From Bacteroidales bacterium (GTDB lineage: Bacteria > Bacteroidota > Bacteroidia > Bacteroidales > WCHB1-69): a DNA stretch of 64,000 nucleotides. The position numbers and the translations under genes were made by a program. The notes beneath the pieces are model-generated. The model had not been told where the DNA came from. It was given only the letters and a program-made list of their open reading frames with translations, and ran no database searches. Positions 37,926-48,372 of this stretch are shown one piece after another. The stretch covers positions 25,605-89,604 of the forward strand of contig JAFXTE010000012.1 of assembly GCA_017525245.1 (NCBI GenBank), given 5' to 3'. Positions within the stretch are counted from its first letter, which is position 1, and each line of letters begins with the position of its first letter.

Positions 37926-39119
37926 TTAGTACAAGAAATTATTGTACGGATAGATTTGGATATGTAGCTTCTTGATTTCTTCGTACAAGAAATCCTTCAT
38001 TTCGTTGACGTTTTCCTTCGTTTTGGCGGAGATGAAGAGCGTTTTTGGACCGAGTTTCGCCATCCAGGTGGCTTTCAGCTCGTCTAATGTGATGTTCTCT
38101 TTGGTCTTCGGCGTGAGGTCGTCTTCCGCCTTCTCCACCCATGAGTATTGGTCTATCTTGTTGAAGATGATGACGGTGGGCTTACCGCCGCAGTCGATTT
38201 CGTCTAATGTCCGCTGCACGGTTTGGATATGCTCCTCGAAGTCGGGATGGCTGATATCGACAACGTGCAGCAGCAGGTGTGTCTCACGGACTTCGTCGAG
38301 CGTTGATTTGAAAGACTCCACGAGGCCGTGCGGGAGTTTGCGGATAAACCCTACCGTGTCAGAGAGCAAAAATGGCAGGTTTTGGAAAACGACTTTGCGC
38401 ACGGTGGTGTCTAAGGTCGCGAAGAGTTTGTTTTCCACAAGCACGTCGGAGTTGCTGAGCAGGTTCATGATGGTGGATTTGCCGACGTTGGTGTAGCCCA
38501 CGAGCGCGACACGGACGAACTGTTCGCGGTGTCCGCGTTGGGTCTTTTTCTGCTTGTCTATTTCTTTTAACCGCTTTTCCAACAGTGAGATACGGTCGCG
38601 GATGATACGGCGGTCGGTCTCAATTTCCTTTTCACCGGGACCTCTCATGCCGATACCGCCGCGTTGTTTCTCCAGGTGCGTCCACATACCGGTGAGGCGG
38701 GGCAGGAGGTACTTGTATTGCGCCAGCTCCACCTGCGTTTTGGCGTGGGCGGTCTGCGCGTGCTTGGCGAAGATGTCGAGGATGAGGTGCGTGCGGTCCA
38801 TCACTTTGCAGCGCATAAGTTCCTCAATGTTACGTTGTTGTGATGGCGGTAACTCGTCATCGACGACTACCATGTCAATGTCATTCTCATGTACGTATTC
38901 GGCCACCTCGCGGATTTTGCCGGAGCCGAAATAGGTTCGCGTGTCGGGGTGCGCGAGGTTCTGGATGAATTTTTTCACGCATTCTCCGCCGGCAGTCTCT
39001 ACCAAGAATGCCAGCTCATTGAGGTATTCCATCGTCTTTTCCTCCGCCACGTCTGGCGTGGAGACGGCAATCAGCACGGCCGTTTCACGGTGTTCATCTC
39101 TCTTTTCACTTTTAGCCAT
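37926..39119 (-). CDS. hflX: GTPase HflX
   Basis: GSGK, QVELAQY.YLLPRL, GPGEKEIETDRR, GYTNVGKST, LFATLD, DTVGFI, NKID. Confidence 0.97.
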   Translation of the reverse strand: MAKSEKRDEHRETAVLIAVSTPDVAEEKTMEYLNELAFLVETAGGECVKKFIQNLAHPDTRTYFGSGKIREVAEYVHENDIDMVVVDDELPPSQQRNIEELMRCKVMDRTHLILDIFAKHAQTAHAKTQVELAQYKYLLPRLTGMWTHLEKQRGGIGMRGPGEKEIETDRRIIRDRISLLEKRLKEIDKQKKTQRGHREQFVRVALVGYTNVGKSTIMNLLSNSDVLVENKLFATLDTTVRKVVFQNLPFLLSDTVGFIRKLPHGLVESFKSTLDEVRETHLLLHVVDISHPDFEEHIQTVQRTLDEIDCGGKPTVIIFNKIDQYSWVEKAEDDLTPKTKENITLDELKATWMAKLGPKTLFISAKTKENVNEMKDFLYEEIKKLHIQIYPYNNFLY

Positions 39120-39136
39120 TTTCTTCAATTTCGGCG

Positions 39137-39232
39137 GCAAATGTACATAAATTACGAATATACACAGACAGATGAAATTGACGCTGTAGAAACGTTTCAT
39201 GAAACGTCTCTACAATTTCAGAGGAAAGATAC
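39137..39232 (-). mobile_element. ~96-bp REP-containing composite repeat, copy 3
   Basis: Matches 22204-22299; -7 box ~18 nt before the hflX start. Confidence 0.75.
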
Positions 39233-39292
39233 ATTTTTTGCGAAGATAAGACGACGGGATGATGCGAGAATAAGGTGATGGGATGATGGGTG

Positions 39293-39488
39293 TTCCATAA
39301 TGTTCCATTTTTTTCCAAAAATATTGTTGTGGGAAGATTAAAATTGTATATTTATTCCAAAAATATTATAAAATGGCTGATTTTTAATAAGATAACAAAT
39401 GTGTCAACAATAAATCGTAAATAATTGTTTTTCATGTAATTATATGTATTGTTGAAATCTGTTGAAAACTTTTTTCCATCTTTTTCCA
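39293..39488. promoter_or_regulatory. 10-bp-periodic TTCCA (TGGAA) boxes upstream of mraZ, candidate MraZ operator
   Basis: TTCCA at 39293, 39303, 39313 and at 39474, 39484. Confidence 0.5.
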
Positions 39489-39603
39489 TATTGATAATCA
39501 GTATGTTATAAGTAATTTTTAACAACAAACATTAAATATGATGCGATATATGGAAATTGGTCATGGAAAAATTATATTTTTGTCGCTCAAAAAATGATAT
39601 AGA

Positions 39604-40089
39604 ATGGACACACCGGGATACGGATATTGGGAAGTCTCAATAGAGAAGAGCGGACGGCTGAAGCTGCCCACGTCTCTTCTGCGTATGTTGCCGGAAGATG
39701 AACGCAAAAAGTTCTATGTCACCCATGGTTTCGGCGAGTATATCACGCTTTGGTCTGAGAGAGCCTATCTGAAACAGATGGAATACATGAATTCTCTTGA
39801 TCGCAATCTGTTGAGAGTCAAGCTTTACCGCAACGCATTTCTTCGTAACACGGCGCAGTTGGAATGCGATTCCCAGTCACGTATTGTCATTCCGAAACCG
39901 ATGTTGGAGATGTACTCCATTGACAAGGAGTTGGTGCTGGTGATGGACAATGGGCAGATTGATATATGGAACTGCCAGAAGTATCATGAGCAATTTGATA
40001 TGAGTCCTGATGCTTTTGGAAAACTTAACCAAGAGATACACCTCGGACATTTTTTAGCGGAAAAGGAGGGCTCCAATGGAATATCATAA
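39604..40089 (+). CDS. mraZ: Division/cell wall cluster transcriptional repressor MraZ
   Basis: EKSGRLKLP, DSQSRIVIP; first gene of the dcw cluster. Confidence 0.88.
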   Translation: MDTPGYGYWEVSIEKSGRLKLPTSLLRMLPEDERKKFYVTHGFGEYITLWSERAYLKQMEYMNSLDRNLLRVKLYRNAFLRNTAQLECDSQSRIVIPKPMLEMYSIDKELVLVMDNGQIDIWNCQKYHEQFDMSPDAFGKLNQEIHLGHFLAEKEGSNGIS

Positions 40090-40999
40090 CCCCGTTCTCC
40101 GTCAACTTTCTGTAGATTATTTGGTTACCAATCCTGAAGGGATTTATGTGGATGTCACATACGGTGGTGGCGGTCACTCCCGTGCTATTCTTGAGAAACT
40201 GTCGGGCGGCCGTCTCATCGCTTTTGACCAGGATTCCGATGCACAGTCGCAGCTGATTGAAGACGAAAGGCTCACGTTTGTCCCCTCGAACTTCAAGAAT
40301 CTCAGCCGTTTCCTGAAATACCACCAGGCCTATCCTGTGGATGGGATTCTCGCTGACTTGGGCGTGTCCTCCCATCAGTTCGACACGGCGGAGCGCGGTT
40401 TTTCCTACCGTGAGGACGGTGTTTTGGACATGCGGATGAACACGCAGTCTGGAAAATCAGCGCAAGATATTGTAAACCAATACGATGAAAAAGCCTTGAG
40501 CGACATTTTCTACCGTTATGGAGAGCTCCCTGACGGCCGTGCCCTGGCGCATCGTATTGTCAGGGCTCGCGATGTGCAGCCCATCACCACTACCTATCAA
40601 CTGGTTGAAGCCCTGAAGCCGTCGCTGTTGCGCGGCCGTGAGAACAAAACGCTGTCCAAAATTTTCCAGGCCATCCGCATCGAGGTAAACCAGGAAATGT
40701 CCGTTTTGGAGGCATTTCTGATGCAGACGCTTGATGCACTGAAAGTTGGAGGCCGATTGGTTGTCATCTCCTACCATTCTTTGGAAGACCGCATGGTGAA
40801 GAATTTCATGCGTGCCGGAAAATTGGACGGAGAGGTGGAGAAGGATTTTTTCGGTAACCCGTTGACTCCTTTCAAACTTTTGACAAGAAAGGCGATACAG
40901 CCAGACGATGAAGAAATTAGCACTAATCCTCGCGCCCGTAGCGCCAAACTGCGTGTGGCCGAAAAAATAAACCCCGACAATCATGGAAACCACATCTAA
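40076..40999 (+). CDS. rsmH: 16S rRNA m4C1402 methyltransferase
   Basis: DVTYGGGGHS, DLGVSSHQ, FQAIRIEVN, SYHSLEDR, NPRARSAKLR. Confidence 0.97.
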   Translation: MEYHNPVLRQLSVDYLVTNPEGIYVDVTYGGGGHSRAILEKLSGGRLIAFDQDSDAQSQLIEDERLTFVPSNFKNLSRFLKYHQAYPVDGILADLGVSSHQFDTAERGFSYREDGVLDMRMNTQSGKSAQDIVNQYDEKALSDIFYRYGELPDGRALAHRIVRARDVQPITTTYQLVEALKPSLLRGRENKTLSKIFQAIRIEVNQEMSVLEAFLMQTLDALKVGGRLVVISYHSLEDRMVKNFMRAGKLDGEVEKDFFGNPLTPFKLLTRKAIQPDDEEISTNPRARSAKLRVAEKINPDNHGNHI

Positions 41000-41399
41000 A
41001 AATAATTCAATGCAACAACCGGAAAAGACCCGGTTCGGAGAGTTCTTCTCCAATATTTTCGGAGGCGAGATATTGGTGAAAAAGAAGATGCGCCCGTGGT
41101 ATTTCTACGTCTTCTTCCTGCTTGTGCTTGTAACTATTCTGGTGATCAGCGAACAACGCATCCATATCAAGGAGAAGAAAATCATTGAATTGGAAAACAC
41201 CTACAAGGCGGAAATCAGCCGGCTGAAGGCAAATAACCAGTTCATCCCATACGAGAAAAACAAGATCCTCATCCAAAAAATGCAGGAAAAAGGATATGTT
41301 ACGGACGAGAAACAGTGTTTTACGGTGAAAGCGACCCCGAAACCGGTGGAGAAACGCCGTTGGTTTGAAAGAAAGGAGCGGAAACATGAGAACAAATAG
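40983..41399 (+). CDS. ftsL: FtsL-like cell division protein
   Basis: Position between rsmH and the PBP; single TM followed by coiled coil. Confidence 0.7.
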   Translation: METTSKNNSMQQPEKTRFGEFFSNIFGGEILVKKKMRPWYFYVFFLLVLVTILVISEQRIHIKEKKIIELENTYKAEISRLKANNQFIPYEKNKILIQKMQEKGYVTDEKQCFTVKATPKPVEKRRWFERKERKHENK

Positions 41400-43650
41400 G
41401 AAACAAGAGGCCTCGTCCTCCACTTTAGGACGGATGACCGTCGTATATTTGCTTATGGTGCTGGTGGGGGTTGCCTGCCTGATCAAGATACTGTACCTCT
41501 CCATTGTGGAGCGTGCCGTTGCTTCCGGAACTTCCGACAAGTGCGTGGACACGACTGTCCCCGGCTGGGAGGACAAAGTTACGGATGACACTTACTGTTT
41601 CGTGCGCGAGAACATGCTCCGTCCTGTCCGTGGTGAGATATATGACGATCACGGTCGCGTGTTGGTGGCCAATTTCACCGTTTTCGAAGTGGCTTTTGAC
41701 GGGAAAGGTTTCTCACGCGAGTACGCCGACACGCTGAACAAGAATCCCAAAGCTTACGATGAGATTTTCCGTCAGTTGGCCGATGATTTTTACTATCAGT
41801 TCAAAGACCGCTTTCCGCGTTACAATGCCGACTATTATTACGATTTTTTCACTAAAAACATTCAGAAGAAGAAATATGCCACGCTTTTCCCTGTGAGAGA
41901 ATGGGACGAAAAGATGTGGGTGATGGGAGTTGACACAGCGTTTGTCAAAAACAGACCATATTTATATAAGACGTTCGTCAATGAAGACGGGGACTCCATC
42001 AGGAAACGGATTGTCCACACTCATCTTAACTACGTGCCCGCTAACGTGCGTGTCAACCCATACGGGGAGATGGCGAAGCGTACGCTGGGGGTGGAGACTC
42101 CTGATCGTCAGTTCGGTTTGGAGCATGTGATGAACGGTATTCTGGCCGGGGTGGACGGCAGTAAGAAATACCTTGAACTGAATCACGCCAAGGTTCCGTT
42201 ACAGGAACGCATGGACCCGGAAGACGGCCATAATATCCATACGACCATCAAGTTGGAAATTCAACACGCGGTGCATAACGAGCTGTCGCGGAAGCTTTCC
42301 GAGTTGAATGCCGAATGGGGCTGTGCCATTGTGATGGAAACCAAGACCGGTGAAATCAAGGCCATCTCCAATCTGCGCCGTGCCGCTGCCGACGCCTCCT
42401 ACTACACGGAAAGCATGGAGTATGCCCTCAATGCCAAGGTGGAGCCCGGTTCCACGTTCAAATTGGCCTCTTTGTTGGCTTTTTTGGAGAAAACGCCCCA
42501 AGACACGGCCGCCATCTATCCCATGTTCAACCATACTTTTGAGTTCCCCACCAAGTCCGGGGCGGTGAAACGGTATTTCAAGAGTGACTCGAAAGTGCAT
42601 GGGGAGACTTTGGGCAATCCGAGCGAGATTTTCCAACGCTCGTCCAACATCGGAATCGCCTCGATGATTTTCCACGCATACGGTATCAAGAACTTCCAAG
42701 GATACTACAATCAACTCAAGAAGATGGGACTCTTGGACACCCTGCACACACAACTGGGTGACATCATGCCTGCCAAAATCAAGAGCGGTGTTAACGATTT
42801 CAACACCTACTATGCCACCTGTTTCGGTGCCGGGTTCACCATTCCGATTTTGCGGACGCTCACCTATTACAACGCCATCGCCAACGGTGGCAAGATGATG
42901 GCCCCATTGTTCGTGCGCTATGTCACTGATACCTATGATACGATTCAACGGTTTGAGCCTCAGGTGCTTATGGAACATTTTGTTTCTGATTCCACCGTCC
43001 GTGAAGCCAGAAAATATCTGGAGAAGGTGGTTTGGGGACCCTATGGCACTGCACGTCGTTTCAGGGATGAGAATTGCATGTTCGCAGGCAAAACCGGCAC
43101 ACGTGATATTTGGGACGAAAAAGCGGGTGCCTACCGCAAGGACATCAACGCGGTGTCTTTCTGCGGTTATTTCCCGATGGACAAGCCGCAATACACGGTT
43201 ATTATTTACATCTATGGGGTGCCTTATCACAGTGATGTGGCCGCTGACGCTTTCGCCCGCATAGCCCGCAGCATCATGAACAGTTCCAACTACAGCGCGA
43301 CGCGCAGTGCAAGCGACTATCCGTTCACCCCGCTGACCCGCACCGCGCCCATCCGGAAAAAGTACTTCAATACCTTGTTGAGTGGCTTGGGCTATGACAC
43401 AATTACCTATGAGACTAACGCTCCGTATTTGAGAGTGGATGCCGCCGACACCAACCGGCATGTAACCGTCACGGCGTTGCAGGCAAACACTTACCAGAAA
43501 ATGCCTGATGTGCGCGGCATGATGGCCGCTGACGCTGTCACCGAACTCATCCGCGCCCGCTACAAGCCGCAAATTATCGGGAAAGGCCGCGTCAAATCCC
43601 AGATTCTTGACGAAAAAACGCATACGGTGAAATTGTACCTTGACCCGTGA
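41386..43650 (+). CDS. ftsI: Penicillin-binding transpeptidase (FtsI/PBP3) with PASTA domain
   Basis: RGEIYD, EPGSTFK (SxxK), SSN, KTGT; C-terminal MPDVRGM. Confidence 0.9.
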   Translation: MRTNRKQEASSSTLGRMTVVYLLMVLVGVACLIKILYLSIVERAVASGTSDKCVDTTVPGWEDKVTDDTYCFVRENMLRPVRGEIYDDHGRVLVANFTVFEVAFDGKGFSREYADTLNKNPKAYDEIFRQLADDFYYQFKDRFPRYNADYYYDFFTKNIQKKKYATLFPVREWDEKMWVMGVDTAFVKNRPYLYKTFVNEDGDSIRKRIVHTHLNYVPANVRVNPYGEMAKRTLGVETPDRQFGLEHVMNGILAGVDGSKKYLELNHAKVPLQERMDPEDGHNIHTTIKLEIQHAVHNELSRKLSELNAEWGCAIVMETKTGEIKAISNLRRAAADASYYTESMEYALNAKVEPGSTFKLASLLAFLEKTPQDTAAIYPMFNHTFEFPTKSGAVKRYFKSDSKVHGETLGNPSEIFQRSSNIGIASMIFHAYGIKNFQGYYNQLKKMGLLDTLHTQLGDIMPAKIKSGVNDFNTYYATCFGAGFTIPILRTLTYYNAIANGGKMMAPLFVRYVTDTYDTIQRFEPQVLMEHFVSDSTVREARKYLEKVVWGPYGTARRFRDENCMFAGKTGTRDIWDEKAGAYRKDINAVSFCGYFPMDKPQYTVIIYIYGVPYHSDVAADAFARIARSIMNSSNYSATRSASDYPFTPLTRTAPIRKKYFNTLLSGLGYDTITYETNAPYLRVDAADTNRHVTVTALQANTYQKMPDVRGMMAADAVTELIRARYKPQIIGKGRVKSQILDEKTHTVKLYLDP

Positions 43651-43712
43651 ATGTCGGGCGTATGCGATGCGCCTCTACCGAGCTTTCATCCCTGCCGGGA
43701 TGTCAAGGAATA

Positions 43713-43801
43713 AACCATAACCTTCTAACCTCCTAACCTCTATAACCTCTTAACCTATAACCCCGCTTCAATAACCAATAACCTATAACCAATAACCATT
43801 A
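43713..43801. repeat. TAACC-core heptamer array ending in the conserved GCTTCAATAACC...CCATTA unit
   Basis: Unit also at 22344-22373, 48571-48607 and 60770-60804. Confidence 0.8.
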
Positions 43802-43810
43802 AAAAAGACA

Positions 43811-45283
43811 ATGAAACCATTAGATATACTGTTGAAAGCGTTGCGCAGCTGCGAATTGACAGGAAGCCCGGAGATGAATGTCACGGAAATTCTGTTTGAT
43901 TCGAGACGTGTCGTTGCTCAGCCTAAAGGTTCAACGCAACTGTATGTGGCGCAACGTGGTACACAGACCGACGGGCACAAGTACATCGGGGCGGTGATTG
44001 CGCAGGGCTGCCGTGCCGTGGTTTGCGAGACATTGCCCGAAACGATAGACAAGGACGTCTGCTACATCAAAGTGGCGGACAGTTCCGTGGCTTTGGGACA
44101 GCTGGCCGATGCTTTCTATGACCATCCGAGCCGCAAGCTAAAGCTGGTGGGAATTACCGGCACCAACGGCAAAACCACAACCGTGACGCTCCTGCACAGG
44201 TTGTTCATGTCCGCAGGTCACCAAACAGGTCTTCTCTCCACCATTGTCAACAAGATCGGCAATGACGAGATTCCGTCCACGCACACCACCCCCGATGCCG
44301 TTGAACTCAACCAACTGCTTGCCCAGATGGTTGACCGGCATTGCGAATACTGCTTCATGGAGGTGAGTTCGCACGCGCTCTGCCAGCATCGCGTTTCCGG
44401 ACTGCGTTTCGCGGGCGGCATCTTCAGCAACATCACGCACGACCATCTGGACTTCCACAAGACTTTCGCCAATTACATTGCGGCAAAGAAATCGTTTTTC
44501 GACAAATTACCGAAATCCGCTTTTGCTCTCACCAATGTGGATGACAAAAACGGCCGTGTGATGGTGCAGAACACGAAAGCGGCCATCCATACCTATAGTT
44601 TGCGCACCGCTGCCAATTTCAAGGGCGTCATCATGGAGAATGCCTTCACGGGGCTGCACATGCGTATCAACAACAGGGAAGTCTATTTCAAATTGTGTGG
44701 TAAGTTCAACGCTTACAATCTGTTGGCTATTTATGGAACGGCAGTGTTGTTAGGCATGGACGAATATGAGGCTCTCGCCCAGATGAGCGGTTTGGAAAGT
44801 GCAGCGGGGCGGTTCCAGATGTTGCAAGTCGGGAACGGTGGCACGGCTATAGTGGATTACGCCCACACGCCCGATGCACTTGAAAACGTGCTGAAAACCA
44901 TTCGCGATATTGTGGGCCGGGATGCGGAAGTGATCACGGTGGTGGGTTGTGGCGGCGACCGAGACGCGCTGAAGCGTCCGGAGATGGCGGAAATCGCCTG
45001 CAAGTACAGTTCCAAAGTGCTGTTGACCTCCGACAATCCCCGCACCGAAGATCCTTTGGCCATCTTGGATGATATGCAGAAAGGCGTTCCCTCAAGCAAG
45101 TCAAAGCATGTGATGGTTATTGAAAACCGTCATGAGGCCATCAAGACGGCGTGCACGATATTGCAAGCCAACGGGGTGTTGCTTGTGGCAGGAAAAGGAC
45201 ACGAGAACTATCAGGAAATCAATCACGTCAAACATCATTTTGACGACACGGAAGAGATAAAGAATTTTTTTAACATTAAATAA
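43811..45283 (+). CDS. murE: UDP-MurNAc-tripeptide synthetase
   Basis: GITGTNGKTT, MEVSSH, DHLDFH, DYAHTPD, SDNPR, AGKGHE. Confidence 0.96.
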   Translation: MKPLDILLKALRSCELTGSPEMNVTEILFDSRRVVAQPKGSTQLYVAQRGTQTDGHKYIGAVIAQGCRAVVCETLPETIDKDVCYIKVADSSVALGQLADAFYDHPSRKLKLVGITGTNGKTTTVTLLHRLFMSAGHQTGLLSTIVNKIGNDEIPSTHTTPDAVELNQLLAQMVDRHCEYCFMEVSSHALCQHRVSGLRFAGGIFSNITHDHLDFHKTFANYIAAKKSFFDKLPKSAFALTNVDDKNGRVMVQNTKAAIHTYSLRTAANFKGVIMENAFTGLHMRINNREVYFKLCGKFNAYNLLAIYGTAVLLGMDEYEALAQMSGLESAAGRFQMLQVGNGGTAIVDYAHTPDALENVLKTIRDIVGRDAEVITVVGCGGDRDALKRPEMAEIACKYSSKVLLTSDNPRTEDPLAILDDMQKGVPSSKSKHVMVIENRHEAIKTACTILQANGVLLVAGKGHENYQEINHVKHHFDDTEEIKNFFNIK

Positions 45284-45294
45284 GTCAGTAGATT

Positions 45295-46557
45295 ATGTTG
45301 TATTATCTGTTTTCATGGCTTCACAAAAGCGGCTATCACGGAACCCGTATTTTCCAATACATCTCGTTTCGTTCTGCTATGGCTTTCGTACTGGCTTTAA
45401 TTATTTCCGTTTTCATCGGGAAATATTTCATCCAATATTTGAAGAAGAAACAAATAGGGGAGAGCATTCGCGACCTTGGTCTGGCTGGTCAGAACGAAAA
45501 GGCCGGAACGCCGACCATGGGCGGTCTCATTATCATCGCGGCCATTCTTATTCCTGCCTTGCTGTTATGCGACCTTAGCAACATCTATATCATCCTGATG
45601 ATTTTCACGACAATATGGTTGGGTGCGCTCGGCTTTTCGGATGACTATATCAAGGTTTTCAAAAAGAACAAGGAGGGCCTCTCGCCGAGAAAGAAGTTGA
45701 TCGGGCAGATTATCCTCGGTCTTTTGGTGGGCGCGACCATGTATTTCCATCCGGATGCCGTCATCAGCGAGAAGAAAGTGCAGAAGCAGTCTTTGACGAA
45801 GGTGAGTTCCACCGAGCTGCTGCAGGTGGAGAACCAAGAGAACGCCCACACACCCAAGTTGTTTGATGAACCACACCATTCATCCAAGACTACCATCCCG
45901 TTTGTGAAGAACCACGAGCTGGATTATGCCATTCTCACCCGTTGGATGGGGGACGAGAGCGGTCGATGGTCGTTTCTGTTCTTCATTCCGATTATCGTGT
46001 TCATTATTGCGGCCGTTTCCAATGGGGCGAACCTCACAGACGGATTGGACGGTTTGGCGACCGGAACCACTGCAACCATTGCGGTGGGCATAGCTATCCT
46101 TGCATACGTTTCGGGTAATGTGATATTTGCCAACTATTTGAATATTATGTATATACCAGATATAGGAGAGTTGGTGATATTCATTTCCGCAGTGATAGGG
46201 GCCTGTATCGGATTCTATTGGTGGAACTGCTATCCCGCCCAAGTGTTCATGGGTGACACGGGGAGCCTCACTCTTGGCGGCATTGTGGCCGTTTCGTGCA
46301 TCATTATCCGCAAGGAACTCCTCATCCCGATATTGTGCGGTGTTTATTTGGCCCAGTCCATATCGGTCATCATGCAGGTGTCCTATTTCAAATACACGAA
46401 GAAACGCTATGGCGAAGGCCGCCGCATCTTCCTGATGGCCCCGTTGCATCATCATTTCCAGAAAAAAGGGCTTCACGAATCGAAAATCGTGCAACGGTTC
46501 ATTGTGGTCAGCATGATTCTTGCCGTGTTGGCTATTGTGACGTTGAAGATCAGGTAG
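45295..46557 (+). CDS. mraY: Phospho-MurNAc-pentapeptide transferase
   Basis: GTPTMGG, DDY, NLTDGLDG, VFMGDTGS, MAPLHHHF. Confidence 0.97.
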   Translation: MLYYLFSWLHKSGYHGTRIFQYISFRSAMAFVLALIISVFIGKYFIQYLKKKQIGESIRDLGLAGQNEKAGTPTMGGLIIIAAILIPALLLCDLSNIYIILMIFTTIWLGALGFSDDYIKVFKKNKEGLSPRKKLIGQIILGLLVGATMYFHPDAVISEKKVQKQSLTKVSSTELLQVENQENAHTPKLFDEPHHSSKTTIPFVKNHELDYAILTRWMGDESGRWSFLFFIPIIVFIIAAVSNGANLTDGLDGLATGTTATIAVGIAILAYVSGNVIFANYLNIMYIPDIGELVIFISAVIGACIGFYWWNCYPAQVFMGDTGSLTLGGIVAVSCIIIRKELLIPILCGVYLAQSISVIMQVSYFKYTKKRYGEGRRIFLMAPLHHHFQKKGLHESKIVQRFIVVSMILAVLAIVTLKIR

Positions 46558-46644
46558 TTGAACGATGAGAAACGAAGAAACGATGATTAGATAATAAGAT
46601 AATTGGATAAATAAAAGTAAGTAGAATAATAAACCAAAACCATT

Positions 46645-47202
46645 ATGCCGACTAAAAAAACCAACAGCTTCCGCTTGTTTGAACAAGCCAGGGAAACAGC
46701 CAACCCACGTGTGGGTACGCTTTCCGAGCAACTCATTAAATTACGTCAGAGGAATATTGCCGAATCATTGGCGGATTTTGAAGGAAACGCACACAAACTT
46801 GAACATGTCAAGAGTTTTTCGGGTGTTGATTTCGTGGATGACGCGCGCTCCACAACCGCCAATGCGGTATGGTATTCGCTGCAGTCCATGACCAAGCCCA
46901 CCGTTTGGATCACCAATATCGACACTTTGGATGCCCTTACCGAGGATGTTCTCTCAGAGGTGAAAACGAAGGTCAAAGAGGTGGTGTTGCAAGGAGTCTA
47001 TAACATTGATGTTTACCAAAGACTGGCCGAGATGGGGGTCCCCGTGATGATGACCATGAGCATGGAGGATGCCGTGAACCATGCTTTTTACTCCTGTCAG
47101 AAAGGCGATGTGATTTTGTATGCCCCGGGCATTCATGGGAATAGCCAGCTTACCTACCGTGATCGCGGCGAAAAGTTCAAATCGGCAGTTGCACAACTAT
47201 AA
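46645..47202 (+). CDS. Stand-alone, degenerate MurD C-terminal domain
   Basis: At the murD position; FEGNAHKLE...FVDDARSTTANAVWYSLQSM...GDVILYAPG...YRDRGEKFK aligns by eye with the MurD C-terminus; no GSNGKTT P-loop. Confidence 0.7.
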   Translation: MPTKKTNSFRLFEQARETANPRVGTLSEQLIKLRQRNIAESLADFEGNAHKLEHVKSFSGVDFVDDARSTTANAVWYSLQSMTKPTVWITNIDTLDALTEDVLSEVKTKVKEVVLQGVYNIDVYQRLAEMGVPVMMTMSMEDAVNHAFYSCQKGDVILYAPGIHGNSQLTYRDRGEKFKSAVAQL

Positions 47203-47214
47203 TCCGCTATTGTC

Positions 47215-48372
47215 ATGGAAGCCAACGTTGACACCCCGAGGGAATCCTTTCTGCGCAAAATCAAGCTGAAGACGGACAACATCATCCCCATAGTGGTGAT
47301 ATTTCTGACGGCTATTTCTGTTGTCATGGTGTATAGTATGCGCGGCAATGTCGTTTTGCAGCATTTGAAACACCTTTTGTTCGGTTACATAGGCATGTTT
47401 GTCGTGTATCAAGTTGATTACCGCAGAGTGGGTGTGTTTGCCCCGGTTGTTCTCTTTGTGGCCGCCATCCTGCTGGTGTTCACCATGTTGTCGCAGGCGG
47501 TGCGTGGTGTCACTATCTTTGGGCGCGATGTGCAGACGTTTTACTTTATCGGTTTCCTGATTATTTTTTACATTTCCAACTATATTGCGCGGCAATACCA
47601 TAAGCACGGGGAATTGAATTCCTCCAATGTGAGGTATCTGTTTTTGTTGTTAGGCGGCTTTTGCCTCGGCATCGCCACCATGAACATGTCCACCGCCATC
47701 ATCCTTTTCATCACAGGCATCGTGATTTTCTTTGTCGGAGGTTTCAAGATAAAAGACATAGCCGGAATGATCGGCATTGTGGCGGCGGTTCTTCTCGTGG
47801 CTGTCATTGTGGTGGCCAATATGAGTGATGACAGAAAGGCGAAAATCGGACGTATGGCCACATTCATCAACCGTTGGGAATACTACATCACCAAGGATAA
47901 CAGCGATGGCTACGGTGACCAGATGATTTTGGCCAGAGCGGCCATCGCCCGCTCCGGTTTTAACCCTGCGGGTCCTGGAAAAGGGGTCATCAAGAACCGT
48001 CTGCCGGAGAAAGAGACGGACTATGCGTATGCATCCCTGTTTGAGGAAACCGGCATCGTGGTTGGTGTGCTGGTGCTACTGTCCTATCTCATCATCTTTT
48101 ACCGGGCGCGGAAGATTGCCAAAGAGGCGACAGGCACTTTCGGGAGGCTTTTAGCCTTCGGAATAGGTTTTTGGTTCACGTGCCAGGCCCTGGTCCACAT
48201 CGGGGTGAATTGCGAGTTGTTGCCCACCACTGGACAAACATTGCCGTTCATTAGCAGCGGTGGTGCCTCCTTGTTCGTTTCCGGCTGCGCCATGGGCATG
48301 CTCCTCAATATCGGCAAAGTCTCGTTTTTGGAAGGGCAGAAGGAGGATCCGTTTGAGATGCTGAGGCGATGA
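47215..48372 (+). CDS. ftsW: SEDS family cell division protein FtsW
   Basis: Multi-TM; GPGKG, LPEKETDY, PTTGQTLPFISSGG. Confidence 0.9.
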   Translation: MEANVDTPRESFLRKIKLKTDNIIPIVVIFLTAISVVMVYSMRGNVVLQHLKHLLFGYIGMFVVYQVDYRRVGVFAPVVLFVAAILLVFTMLSQAVRGVTIFGRDVQTFYFIGFLIIFYISNYIARQYHKHGELNSSNVRYLFLLLGGFCLGIATMNMSTAIILFITGIVIFFVGGFKIKDIAGMIGIVAAVLLVAVIVVANMSDDRKAKIGRMATFINRWEYYITKDNSDGYGDQMILARAAIARSGFNPAGPGKGVIKNRLPEKETDYAYASLFEETGIVVGVLVLLSYLIIFYRARKIAKEATGTFGRLLAFGIGFWFTCQALVHIGVNCELLPTTGQTLPFISSGGASLFVSGCAMGMLLNIGKVSFLEGQKEDPFEMLRR

